From Chthoniobacteraceae bacterium (GTDB taxonomy: Bacteria > Verrucomicrobiota > Verrucomicrobiia > Chthoniobacterales > Chthoniobacteraceae), in NCBI GenBank assembly GCA_031409335.1, contig JANNWY010000307.1, forward strand, positions 32,001 to 96,000: 64,000 nucleotides of DNA, written 5' to 3'. The translations under genes were made by a program, and so were the position numbers. Below are positions 53,944 to 63,400 of the stretch, piece after piece (the stretch's first letter is position 1; every line of letters starts with the position of its first letter). Under the pieces are notes generated by a model. That model was given only the letters and a program-made list of their open reading frames with translations. It did not search any database and had not been told where the DNA came from.

Positions 53944-56900
53944 ATGAGAACTCGATTCTTACCGTTCGCCGCCGCGCTACTCATTCAATGCGGCACGGTC
54001 CTTTCACAAACTGGCGGGCTCAATGCGCCGCAGCCGGTCGCGCCGTTTCTGAATGGCGTTTTCCCGGCGACTTCACCGGGCGAGGCGACCGGGTGGACGA
54101 CGGTCAATGCGTTTCCCAATCTCACGTTCGTCGATCCGATCTGGCTCACGCCCTATCCCGGCACGAACAATCTCGTGGTCGCGGGAAAGAACGGGGAAAT
54201 CTGGCTCTTTAACAACAACCCCAACGTGGCGGCGGCGACGCGGATTCTGGATCTCCGCACGAAGGTTCAGACGGAAGGCGATCAAGGATTGTATTGCCTC
54301 GTGTTTCATCCGCAGTTCGGTCAGGCCGGATCGCCGAACCGCGGCTATATCTATATTAGTTACAACCATCGCCCGGCGCTGGCTGGCGCGGGGCCGGATG
54401 CGAGCTATCAGCGGCTGTCGCGCTTTACCATTCCCGATGGCAGTAACATCCCGGACGCGGCTTCCGAGCAGGTGCTCATTCATCAATACGATCCGCAGTC
54501 TTGGCACAATGGCGGGGCGATGTTGTTTGGGCCGGATGGGTTTCTCTATTTGACGAACGGCGACGGCGGAAACTCGAACGATTCCTATAACAATTCGCAA
54601 CGCATCGACTTCGGGCTGTTCAGCGGTGTGCTGCGCATCGACGTGGATCGCGATCCGGCGCGGAGCCATCCGATCCGGCGGCAGCCGCAGGATGCAGGTC
54701 GCCCGGCTGGCTGGCCGGTGAGTTTCACGGCGAATTATTACATTCCAAATGACAACCCGTGGCTCGATCCGGCGGGCACGATCCTGGAGGAATTTTATAC
54801 GGTCGGCCTGCGCAGTCCCCACGCGATGCATCGCGACGCGGTGACTGGCGACATCTGGCTGGGTGATGTGGGTCAGGGGACGCAGGAGGAGATCAGCCTC
54901 GTCGTGCGGGGCGGGAATAATCAGTGGGCCTTTCGCGAAGGCGCGGTGGCCGGGCCGAAGGCGCGCCCGGCGGTGCTCATTGGCACGGAGCAGCCGCCGG
55001 TGCATTCGTACGGACGCGGAGTGGGTTCGTGCGTGATCGGTGGGCTCGTTTATCGCGGACCCGAGTTCGCGACGGCGCTGGGTGGAAAGTACCTTTTCGG
55101 CGATCACGTCGCGGGCGTGATTTGGGCGATGACCTACACACCGGGTCAGCCGCCGCAGATCACGACGCTGTGCAATTTTCCCACGGGAAACAAAGCGGGG
55201 CTGGCGAACTTCTGCGAGGACGCGAGCGGCAACGTGTATCTGATGAATCTCGCGGGCACGAATGTCGCGGGCGGCACGATCCGCAAGCTCGCGAATACCG
55301 GCCTTTCGCCCGAGCCGCCGGCGCTGCTTTCGCAAACCGGCGCATTTTCAAATCTCGCCACGCTCGCGCCCGCGGCGGGCCTCCTGCCCTACGACATCGG
55401 CTCGCCGCTCTGGTCGGATGGCGCGGAGAAATGGCGCTGGATCGCGCTGCCGAATGACGGCTCGCACAACACGGCGGCGGAGAAGATTGTTTTCAGCGAA
55501 AAGGGCAACTGGGTTTTCCCGGCGGGCACCGTTTTCGTGAAGCACTTCGAGCTGCCGATCGACGAGGGAAATCCGCTGCTGGCGAAACGTCTCGAAACGC
55601 GCTTCCTCATCGCGACCGCGCGCGGCGGCCACTACGGCGTGACGTATCGCTGGAACGCCACGGGCACGGAGGCGACGCTGCTGCAGACGGGTGAATCGGC
55701 GATCATTTCCATCGCCACGAGCGGTGGCGGAACGCGAATGCAGCAGTGGGATTTCCCCAGCCGCAATGACTGTCTGCGCTGCCACAATCTCGCCTCTGGC
55801 CAGGCGCTCGGCGTGCGCACCGCGCCGCTCGATCACGATTATTTCTACCCGCCGACCGGACGCACCGCGAACCAGCTCCGCACCTGGAATGCGCTCGGCA
55901 TGTTCGACCGCACGCTCAATTCCACCGAGATCGACAACTTCATGGCGTCGCGCGCGCTTACCGACACCGCGGCACCGCTGGAGCATCGCGTGCGCTCGTA
56001 CCTCGACTCGAACTGCTCGCACTGCCATCGCCCCGGCGGCGCGTTCGATGGCTTCGATGCGCGGCTCGGCACGCCGCTCAGCACGCAGAATCTGATCAAC
56101 GGATTGCTCACCGGAAATTTCAGCAGCAATCCAAATCATCGCTACCTCCGGCCCGGTGATTTGGCGAACTCGATCGTGCATCTGCGGGCCTCGCAGGCCG
56201 GCCCAAACAACGGCGTGGCCATGCCGCCGCTGGCGAAAAACAAAGTCGATGACACGGCGGTGCAGGCGCTTGCGGCTTACATCGGCTCGATCACTGAAGC
56301 GGAGTTCGACTCGACTTACACGGTCGCCCGCTACGTGCGGCTGATCGGCGATTCCGAGATGTTTGGCAATCCGTGGACGACCATCGCCGAACTCACCATC
56401 CTCCGGGGTTCGGGTCAGCCGATTCCACAATCGGATTACATCGTGACAGTCGATGCCGAGGAGCCCGACGGCCTCGGCATCTACGCCGTCGATGGCAACC
56501 CGGACACGCTCTGGCACACGAGCTGGCGCGACAGCGATCCGCCGCATCCGCACACTTTCACCGTCGATCTCGGCGAGCTGACGACGGTCGGCGGTTTCCG
56601 CTATTTGCCGCGGCAGGACATGGCGAATGGGCGGATCAAAGACTGGCGCTTCCAGATCAGCACGGATGGCGTGACTTGGACGCAGGCGGGTGCGGGGCAG
56701 TTCACGGACGGCACCGATCTGAAAATTTTCGACACGCTCGTCGGCGGGATTCGTCCGGCGCGCGCTTCGCTGGCCGGTCCGTCGGGAACGGTGGGCGGTG
56801 AATTCGAGGTCACGCTCACTTTCGATTTCGATGTGACCGGAATGACAGCGGGAGATTTCGCGGTGACGAATGGCGCGCTGACCGGGCTGCGCGGCAGCGG

Positions 56901-58770
56901 GCATTATTACGTGGCGAAAGTGCGGCCCGTCGCTTCGCCCGTGACCGTCTCGCTACCTGCGAATCGCGTCACCGCGAGCAATGGCGCGGGCAACAATGCG
57001 TCGATCATTTTGAATCTGCCGTTCCTCGATGTGTCCGGTCCAGTGCCGGGCTTCACGCAATTGCCGCCCGGCTCGATCGTCAGCGGCGCATTCACCATCG
57101 GCGTGGATTTTGGTGAAACCGTGGTCGGTTTGACTGCGGCCGATTTTCAAATCACAAACGGCACGCTCACCTCGCTCGGCGGCAACGGCAGTCTGTTCGC
57201 GCTCGGCATCGCGCCGCTCGCGCCGGGGCCGGTCGTCGTGACGGTGCGCGCGGGTGCCGTCGCGGATCTGCTCGGCAATGCGATGGGGCCTGCGGTGAGC
57301 GCCAGCTTTTTGAATCAAAGCAACGTGTATCTCGTGGAAGCGGAAAACGGCGCGCTCGGCGGCGGCTTCGTGATCGCAAACTCGGCGAACGCGAGCGGTG
57401 GAAAATACATCGTCTTTCCCGATGGCACCGGCGGCGGCGTCGAGTTTGTGGACGCGCGTCGCGCGGACTATTCGCTGTCCGTCCCCGAGGCCGGCGACTA
57501 CCGGCTCGTGGGCCGCGTCAATTCGCCGGACAACAGCGCGGATTCGTTCTTCGTGCGCATGGATGGCGCGCCCGCGACGCCGTATCTCTGGGACACGCCG
57601 GTCACCGGCGGTTTTGTCGTCGATTACGTCAATAACCGCGGCGGTGCCGATCCCGTCATCTTTCCACTCACCGTCGGCCCGCACGTCGCGTCGATCTACG
57701 AGCGCGACGACGGCACGCAGCTCGACTGGATCGCGCTCGAGCCGGTGAATCCGATCGTGCGCCTCAGCACTGCGGCGGGTGCGGTGTCCGGCGATTTCAC
57801 GGTCAGCATCTTCTTCACGCAAAATGTCACCGGCCTCGCCGCGGCGGATTTTTCCATCGCGGGAGGAAACGTCACGAGCCTCGCCGGAAGCGGAGCCAGC
57901 TACACGCTCACCGTTCATCCCACCACGTCGCCCGTCATCATCTCGCTGCCCGCCGATGCCGCGGCAGACGCGCTTGGCGGCGGCAATCGGCCATCGAACA
58001 CCGTGCTCGTGCCGTTCAACGATCCCGCGTTGCGCAACATCAGCATCTCGTCCGTCAGCGTCCCCGAAAATGCCGGTACCGCTGCCGTGATCGTTTCACT
58101 CAACGCACCCGCAGTCGCGGGCGTGTCCGCGAGTTTTATCACGCTCAACGGCACCGCCGCGAGTCCCGGCGATTTTGTGGGAAGCTCAGGCAGCGTCACG
58201 ATTCCAGCCGGGCAGCAGCAGACGATTGTGAACGTGCCGATCGTCAACGACTCGATCCGCGAAGCGAACGAATCGTTCACCGTGGAATTGCACACGCCCG
58301 TCAACGCCCAAATCGCCAGCGCGACCGCCGTCGTCACCATTCAAAACGACGACACGCTCTTCGACGAATGGGCGGGTGCGAACGGCCTCGCGGGCGCAAC
58401 TCCCGGTGGCGACATCGACGGCGACGGCCTGCTCGACGCGCTCGAATTCGCCTTCAATCTCAACCCGCACAGCGGCCACGCGCCGCCATGGATTCCTGGC
58501 ACCAACACCGGCCTCCCATCCGCCTCACTCGTCCTCGTGAACGAAGAGCCCACCTTCTTCGACCTCCACTATCTCCGCCGTCGCGCAGCCACAAATCCCG
58601 GCATCACCTACCGCGCGCACATCGCGCACAATCTCGCCGACTGGCAGCCGTGGACCGGCGCGGAAACGGTCACCACGATCGACGCAACTTGGGAATCCGT
58701 CCGCATCCGCGTCCCCCTCGCGCCCGGCAATCCACGGTGCTTCGGGCGGGTCGAGATTCAGATGCCTTGA
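53944..58770 (+). CDS. Secreted PQQ-dependent sugar dehydrogenase-like protein with two CxxCH motifs, discoidin, Ig-like, Calx-beta and Ca-binding C-terminal domains
   Basis: GLYCLVFHP.F, HNGG..FGPDG.LY...GDGG, GLRSP, WLGDVG; LWSDGA.K.R; CLRCH and CSHCH; AVDGNPDTLWHT; DSIREANESF; DIDGDGLLDALEF. Confidence 0.88.
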   Translation: MRTRFLPFAAALLIQCGTVLSQTGGLNAPQPVAPFLNGVFPATSPGEATGWTTVNAFPNLTFVDPIWLTPYPGTNNLVVAGKNGEIWLFNNNPNVAAATRILDLRTKVQTEGDQGLYCLVFHPQFGQAGSPNRGYIYISYNHRPALAGAGPDASYQRLSRFTIPDGSNIPDAASEQVLIHQYDPQSWHNGGAMLFGPDGFLYLTNGDGGNSNDSYNNSQRIDFGLFSGVLRIDVDRDPARSHPIRRQPQDAGRPAGWPVSFTANYYIPNDNPWLDPAGTILEEFYTVGLRSPHAMHRDAVTGDIWLGDVGQGTQEEISLVVRGGNNQWAFREGAVAGPKARPAVLIGTEQPPVHSYGRGVGSCVIGGLVYRGPEFATALGGKYLFGDHVAGVIWAMTYTPGQPPQITTLCNFPTGNKAGLANFCEDASGNVYLMNLAGTNVAGGTIRKLANTGLSPEPPALLSQTGAFSNLATLAPAAGLLPYDIGSPLWSDGAEKWRWIALPNDGSHNTAAEKIVFSEKGNWVFPAGTVFVKHFELPIDEGNPLLAKRLETRFLIATARGGHYGVTYRWNATGTEATLLQTGESAIISIATSGGGTRMQQWDFPSRNDCLRCHNLASGQALGVRTAPLDHDYFYPPTGRTANQLRTWNALGMFDRTLNSTEIDNFMASRALTDTAAPLEHRVRSYLDSNCSHCHRPGGAFDGFDARLGTPLSTQNLINGLLTGNFSSNPNHRYLRPGDLANSIVHLRASQAGPNNGVAMPPLAKNKVDDTAVQALAAYIGSITEAEFDSTYTVARYVRLIGDSEMFGNPWTTIAELTILRGSGQPIPQSDYIVTVDAEEPDGLGIYAVDGNPDTLWHTSWRDSDPPHPHTFTVDLGELTTVGGFRYLPRQDMANGRIKDWRFQISTDGVTWTQAGAGQFTDGTDLKIFDTLVGGIRPARASLAGPSGTVGGEFEVTLTFDFDVTGMTAGDFAVTNGALTGLRGSGHYYVAKVRPVASPVTVSLPANRVTASNGAGNNASIILNLPFLDVSGPVPGFTQLPPGSIVSGAFTIGVDFGETVVGLTAADFQITNGTLTSLGGNGSLFALGIAPLAPGPVVVTVRAGAVADLLGNAMGPAVSASFLNQSNVYLVEAENGALGGGFVIANSANASGGKYIVFPDGTGGGVEFVDARRADYSLSVPEAGDYRLVGRVNSPDNSADSFFVRMDGAPATPYLWDTPVTGGFVVDYVNNRGGADPVIFPLTVGPHVASIYERDDGTQLDWIALEPVNPIVRLSTAAGAVSGDFTVSIFFTQNVTGLAAADFSIAGGNVTSLAGSGASYTLTVHPTTSPVIISLPADAAADALGGGNRPSNTVLVPFNDPALRNISISSVSVPENAGTAAVIVSLNAPAVAGVSASFITLNGTAASPGDFVGSSGSVTIPAGQQQTIVNVPIVNDSIREANESFTVELHTPVNAQIASATAVVTIQNDDTLFDEWAGANGLAGATPGGDIDGDGLLDALEFAFNLNPHSGHAPPWIPGTNTGLPSASLVLVNEEPTFFDLHYLRRRAATNPGITYRAHIAHNLADWQPWTGAETVTTIDATWESVRIRVPLAPGNPRCFGRVEIQMP

Positions 58771-58798
58771 ACGCGCATTGCAGTCGCGAGATCGGTGC

Positions 58799-58933
58799 TC
58801 CGCCAACGCGGCATCTTTCGGGGGCGAGGTCCTGACCCGCGGCGCGAGCCAGGCGGTGCCCGAACCCGGATCGGCGGCCCTGCTGCTCGGGGGCCTGGCC
58901 ACCCTGCTCGGCCTGCGCCGACGGCAGGCGTGA
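58799..58933 (+). pseudogene. Orphan PEP-CTERM tail
   Basis: SANAASFGGEVLTRGASQAVPEPGSAALLLGGLATLLGLRRRQA* lies in a different frame from the upstream gene; no signal peptide. Confidence 0.8.
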
Positions 58934-58940
58934 ACAATTT

Positions 58941-59044
58941 CGTCCGGGGAAGGACGGGGTGGCGGCAGTTTTCTTGACGGGGCACTGCCGCTCTCAAAAG
59001 GGGGGTTCAAAGCCGCGCGGTGGGGACCGCGCGGCTTTCTTTTT
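58941..59044 (+). other. Repeated three-hairpin 3' element ending in an intrinsic terminator (copy 2)
   Basis: Matches 33966-34066; identical 30-nt terminator stem plus T-tract. Confidence 0.7.
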
Positions 59045-59152
59045 CCGATCGCGGGAGCCAGCGTGGCCGCAACCGCTGTTTCGCTACAGTCGGTTTCATG
59101 CCGGATTGGTCGATGAGGCAGGCGAAGACGTCGGCCTGCTGGGCGATCTTTT

Positions 59153-59204
59153 CGGTGAGGGTGTTGCGCTGATCCCGGGCATTCAGCGTGATGGAGTTCG
59201 CACC
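59153..59204 (-). pseudogene. Fragment of a lamin-tail-gene paralog
   Basis: GANSITLNARDQRNTLT vs GANAITLQSRDQRNTLT at 23149-23200; about 80% nt identity, mostly third-position changes. Confidence 0.75.
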
Positions 59205-59212
59205 CCCCCAGC

Positions 59213-60301
59213 TTACTCTCCGCTGCCCGCCGCCGCCGGTCCGATCGTCCCGCCGGGGATGAACTCCGCCCGGGTCAGCGTTTGCCGGATGTCCTTGCCA
59301 CCCCGGCTCACCGTCGCCGCCCAGCGCACGATGCTGCGCACCACCGGACCGGAATCCCAGCGGATATGGGAGATGGACGGCGTACACCAGGCAAAGGTGG
59401 GATCGGCATCCGTGCAGACCAGCGAGACCTGCTCGGGCACCAGCAAGCGCCGCCGGGCGAGAAATTGCTGCGTCGCGGCGAAAAAGGTCGCTTCCTGGAT
59501 GATCAGCGCGGTGGGTGGCGTGACTTGGAAGAGCGCGCCCAGCAGCTCCTGCAAGCCCTCCCTCGTCTCTTCCCAGTCCGGCAGATTGTAGGCACCCACC
59601 GCCACCCCGTGGACCTTGAGTTCCTCCAGAAAGACGCGCTCACTTTTGCCGGGCTCCGGCAGCCGCCGCAGCCGGCGGGCCAGCAGCACGATGCGCCGAT
59701 GGCCGAGCCCGAGCAGTTCGCGGGTGGCGGCGGCCATGGCCGGCGGCTTATCCGGTCCGGCGGACGCGATGGGCACTTCGAGTCGGCGTCCGAAAAGGTC
59801 AAACGCCGGCACCGGCTGCACGGAAAACCACTCCAGCACCGCGCGCGCGCCGCCGATCACCACCCAGGCATCCGCCGCGGTCTTTTGCACCATCCGGGCG
59901 ATGCGCGGCACCTCCATGCCGAGTTCCATCATGGCATGGGACGCGTAAATCGCCCCGTGCCCCGCCTCCACCAGCGCGTGCTGGAGTTCCACGATATAGT
60001 CCAGCTTCCGGTCGGCCGGCTCGAAGAGCAGAATCCCCACCCGCAAGGAGGGCGGGGCCTGGCCCTCCGGCAGCCGCTCCGGCAGCCGGATGAGCCGCTG
60101 CCGGCCGGCCCCTTGGGCGACCAGCAGCCCCTCCGCTTCGAGCTGCCGCAGCGCGGCCTCCACGGTCTTGTTGTTGACCTCCAATTCCTTCGCCAGGTGA
60201 TGCTTCCCCGGCATGAGCCCGCGCCAGCGCCCCCGCCAGAGATCCGCCCGCAGAGCCCCGGTGACTTGCTCGGTGATCGACAAAAAACGGCTCGCAGCCA
60301 T
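59213..60301 (-). CDS. Transcriptional regulator with GntR-type HTH and LacI-type periplasmic-binding-fold sensor domain
   Basis: MPG...LAKELEV...TV..AL..L..EG; LLGLGHRRI, PPTAL, VPEQVSLV; ATG at 60301. Confidence 0.85.
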   Translation of the reverse strand: MAASRFLSITEQVTGALRADLWRGRWRGLMPGKHHLAKELEVNNKTVEAALRQLEAEGLLVAQGAGRQRLIRLPERLPEGQAPPSLRVGILLFEPADRKLDYIVELQHALVEAGHGAIYASHAMMELGMEVPRIARMVQKTAADAWVVIGGARAVLEWFSVQPVPAFDLFGRRLEVPIASAGPDKPPAMAAATRELLGLGHRRIVLLARRLRRLPEPGKSERVFLEELKVHGVAVGAYNLPDWEETREGLQELLGALFQVTPPTALIIQEATFFAATQQFLARRRLLVPEQVSLVCTDADPTFAWCTPSISHIRWDSGPVVRSIVRWAATVSRGGKDIRQTLTRAEFIPGGTIGPAAAGSGE

Positions 60302-60373
60302 GCCGCCGGACTTGGCCCAAAACCGGCCAGGCAGCGAGGAAAAAATATTTTGCCCACTCCGAGCGGGGTGGTA

Positions 60374-60399
60374 TGGGGAAATTCTGTAACGATTCCCCA
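60374..60399. promoter_or_regulatory. Palindromic operator candidate TGGGGAA-N12-TTCCCCA
   Basis: Perfect 7-bp inverted repeat between the divergent regulator and the giant gene. Confidence 0.5.
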
Positions 60400-60470
60400 C
60401 AACGTCTCCTTCCCTCAACCTCCGTCGCACCTCTCCGCTCTCAGCAATCTCCCTTTCAAAGCCCAATACG

Positions 60471-63400
60471 ATGAAACCACGCCTCTTCTCCGCCGCTCGC
60501 CGTTCCTTCGCGCTCGCCGGCTCTATCGCCGCCCTGCTCGCCGCGCCTTCCGCCCAAGCCAACAACACTTGGGATGGTGATGCGGGTGGATCTTTCCTTT
60601 GGAGTAACCCCGTAAACTGGGGATCGGATACCCCGCCCGTTTACGGCACGCTCACTTTCTCTGGCTCGATCGGCACCACCAATGTCAACGACAGCATTAC
60701 GTCCATGAACGGACTGCTGTGGACTGGCACAAGTGCGTGGACGCTCAACAACAGCGGCGGCACCATCCTTAGCCTTTTCGACCTCGGTGGCAGCACGCCG
60801 GCGAAAATCGAAAACCAGAGCTCCGGCTTGGTGACCATCAATGCGCCGATCACTTTCGCAGCGACGGCAGGCCCGGTTTGGGGTGAAATCAACGCGGTCA
60901 ATGGCGGCATCACCTTCGGTAGCGGGACTTTGACGGTCAACGGTTCGCAAGTGCAATACATCAAAATGTTCGGCGGCGGGCAGACCACCACCTTCAACAA
61001 CACCGTCAGCGCCACCGGAAAGGCCTTCTACACGACCTCCGGGAGCGGGATGACCATGGCGGTGGGTGGCGCGTTCACTTCGGGTGACATTTTCATCATG
61101 AACGGCAGCACCCTGCGACTCAACAGCGGGGGCAGTATCACGACCAGTCAGTTGCGCCTGGGTGGCGATTTCGGAACGACACTGACGCAAAATCTAGCTC
61201 TGGGCGCGACGTTTGCCCTCACCAATGCGAGCGGTGGCCAAAGCTTTTCCAGCGGAATCAACACGGTTGGTAGCAACACTTCCAACGCGCTGCTCATCGA
61301 TTCTCAAAACACCAGTGGGACGAACACCATCAGCAGCGCGATTGCCCTCGATTCCGGGCTGAGAATCCAGCAGGCGGCGGGCGGATCGCTGACGTTCAGC
61401 GGCGGCAGCATCAATATCAAAGCGCAGACCCTGACCGTTCAGGGTGCCGGGACCACCACCATCAATGAAGTGCTCGGCAGTTCGCTCGGTGCGGGCGGAT
61501 CGCTGGTCAAGACCGGGGCCGGCACGCTGATCCTCCAGGGAATTACCAACAATTACACTGGAACCACCGCAGGCACTCTGAACGCCAACGGCACCCAGAT
61601 CAATCAGGGAACGTTGGGTATCTATGGTGACCTCAGCCTCGGTGTGGCTCCCACTAGCGCCTACAACAACATTCAATTCACCGGCAGCGCCACTCTCCAG
61701 GACACCGCCAACAACATCACGTTGGCCGCGACGCGCAATATCAGCATCGCCGCTGGTGCAACGGCCACTTTTGACAGCCTTGCCAATACGTTCACCATCC
61801 CTGGCGTTATCTCTGGCGCGACCGGTGTGGTCACCAAGATTGGCACCGGCACTCTGACGCTCAACGGTGCAGCCGTGAACACCTTCGCCGGCGGCTTGAA
61901 CGCCAACGGCGGCACCCTGATACTCGACTACTCGAACCTCAGCACCCCGACCGCCACCACCCCGACCAACCTCATTGCTGCCACCAACGCCCTGCAGATC
62001 AACAATGCCACGCTCACCATCACCGGCAAGAGCCTCGCTTCTACCACCACGGCGCAGACTTTCGCGGGCACGACGCTCGGCGCGGGAATCAATACGGTCA
62101 ACATCGCCAAGGGCGCGTTGGGCACTTCCGCCACGCTCACTCTCGGCGCGCTCACGTTGAGCTCCATTTCCCTCACCACCTTCAGCCCGACCACGGCTTG
62201 GACGACTGTGGCATCCGCCACCGAAAGGGTATTCATCTCCGCTGGTGGCAGTGTTAATGGGAGTGCCCTAGTACTTCCCAGCGGTGCCAACACGGCCTTT
62301 GTCAACGCCGGCATGTTTCACCGCGTAGCGGGCGGTGCCGCAGGATCACTCCGCCTGGCCGCCGTGAATTCCAGTGGCCAACTCCTGGATAAAGCAAATG
62401 CCGCGAATGTCGGAACCGCTACTTCTGGCGTTTTAACTGACGCGACTGCTTCTTACCAGTGGAACTCGAGCGTAAACACAACCCTTACGAACACTTCGGC
62501 CACGGCCTACGGATTGTTGCTCAATGGAAACAGCGACTTTCTAACCCTCACCTTGGCAGCCGGTGGCACCTTGACCATTAATTCGATTATCCAGATCAAA
62601 TCCGCTCAAGGATTGACGTTCGCCCCCGGATCAGGAACCAGCAATATCATCATCGGTGCGGAAAGAAACCTGGTCATCGCCATGGACAACTCTTCCTTTG
62701 TGGCCATCACCGCCCCCATCGCCAACAACGGTAGCACCGGAGGCACGGGCGGCACGGCATCTGCCCTCACCATCGCCGGCACCAGCCCGGGCTCGCAGGG
62801 CGCTGTGACCCTAGGCGGTGCAAACACCTACTCCGGTGCCACCACCATCACCCGCGGCACCTTGGCTCTGGGTAACGCGAGCGCCCTGTCAACCACCAGC
62901 GGCCTCACCCTCGGCGGTGCCTCTGCGGCGACGCTTACCAACTCCGGGGACATCAACAACATCGTCATTAACGGGCCGATCACCGCGGCCAACAGCGGCA
63001 TCACCTCCACCATCGCCTACGGCAGAACCACATCCGCTCAGGGGTCGATAAGCTTGCTTGGCGGCATTACGGGCGGCGGGGGCAACGTCACGTTTACCAC
63101 TGTTAGCACCAGCAGTGGCGGCAACGTCCAGACCATCGTGTTGGGCGGTGGGGTCGGCAGCGCCGGCGCTTATGGCGGCAGCACGACCATTACGACCGGC
63201 AACGTCGGCAACTCCATGACGCTCAGGTCCGGAATCGCCAATGCCCTGCCCACGACCACCGTGTTGACCTTCGCTCAGAATAACGGCTCAGGCAGTGGTC
63301 GCACGACGACTTTCGATCTAAACGGCAACAATCAGACGCTCGCCGGTTTGAGCAACACGGGCGTGGTGCCTGAGAATAGAAATATGACTGTGACCAGCGG

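Noticed and set aside
34150..59204. Short paralog fragments as DGR template repeats or CRISPR spacers
   Set aside because: Differences are mostly synonymous C/G changes rather than adenine-specific; no reverse transcriptase, cas gene or regularly spaced direct repeats
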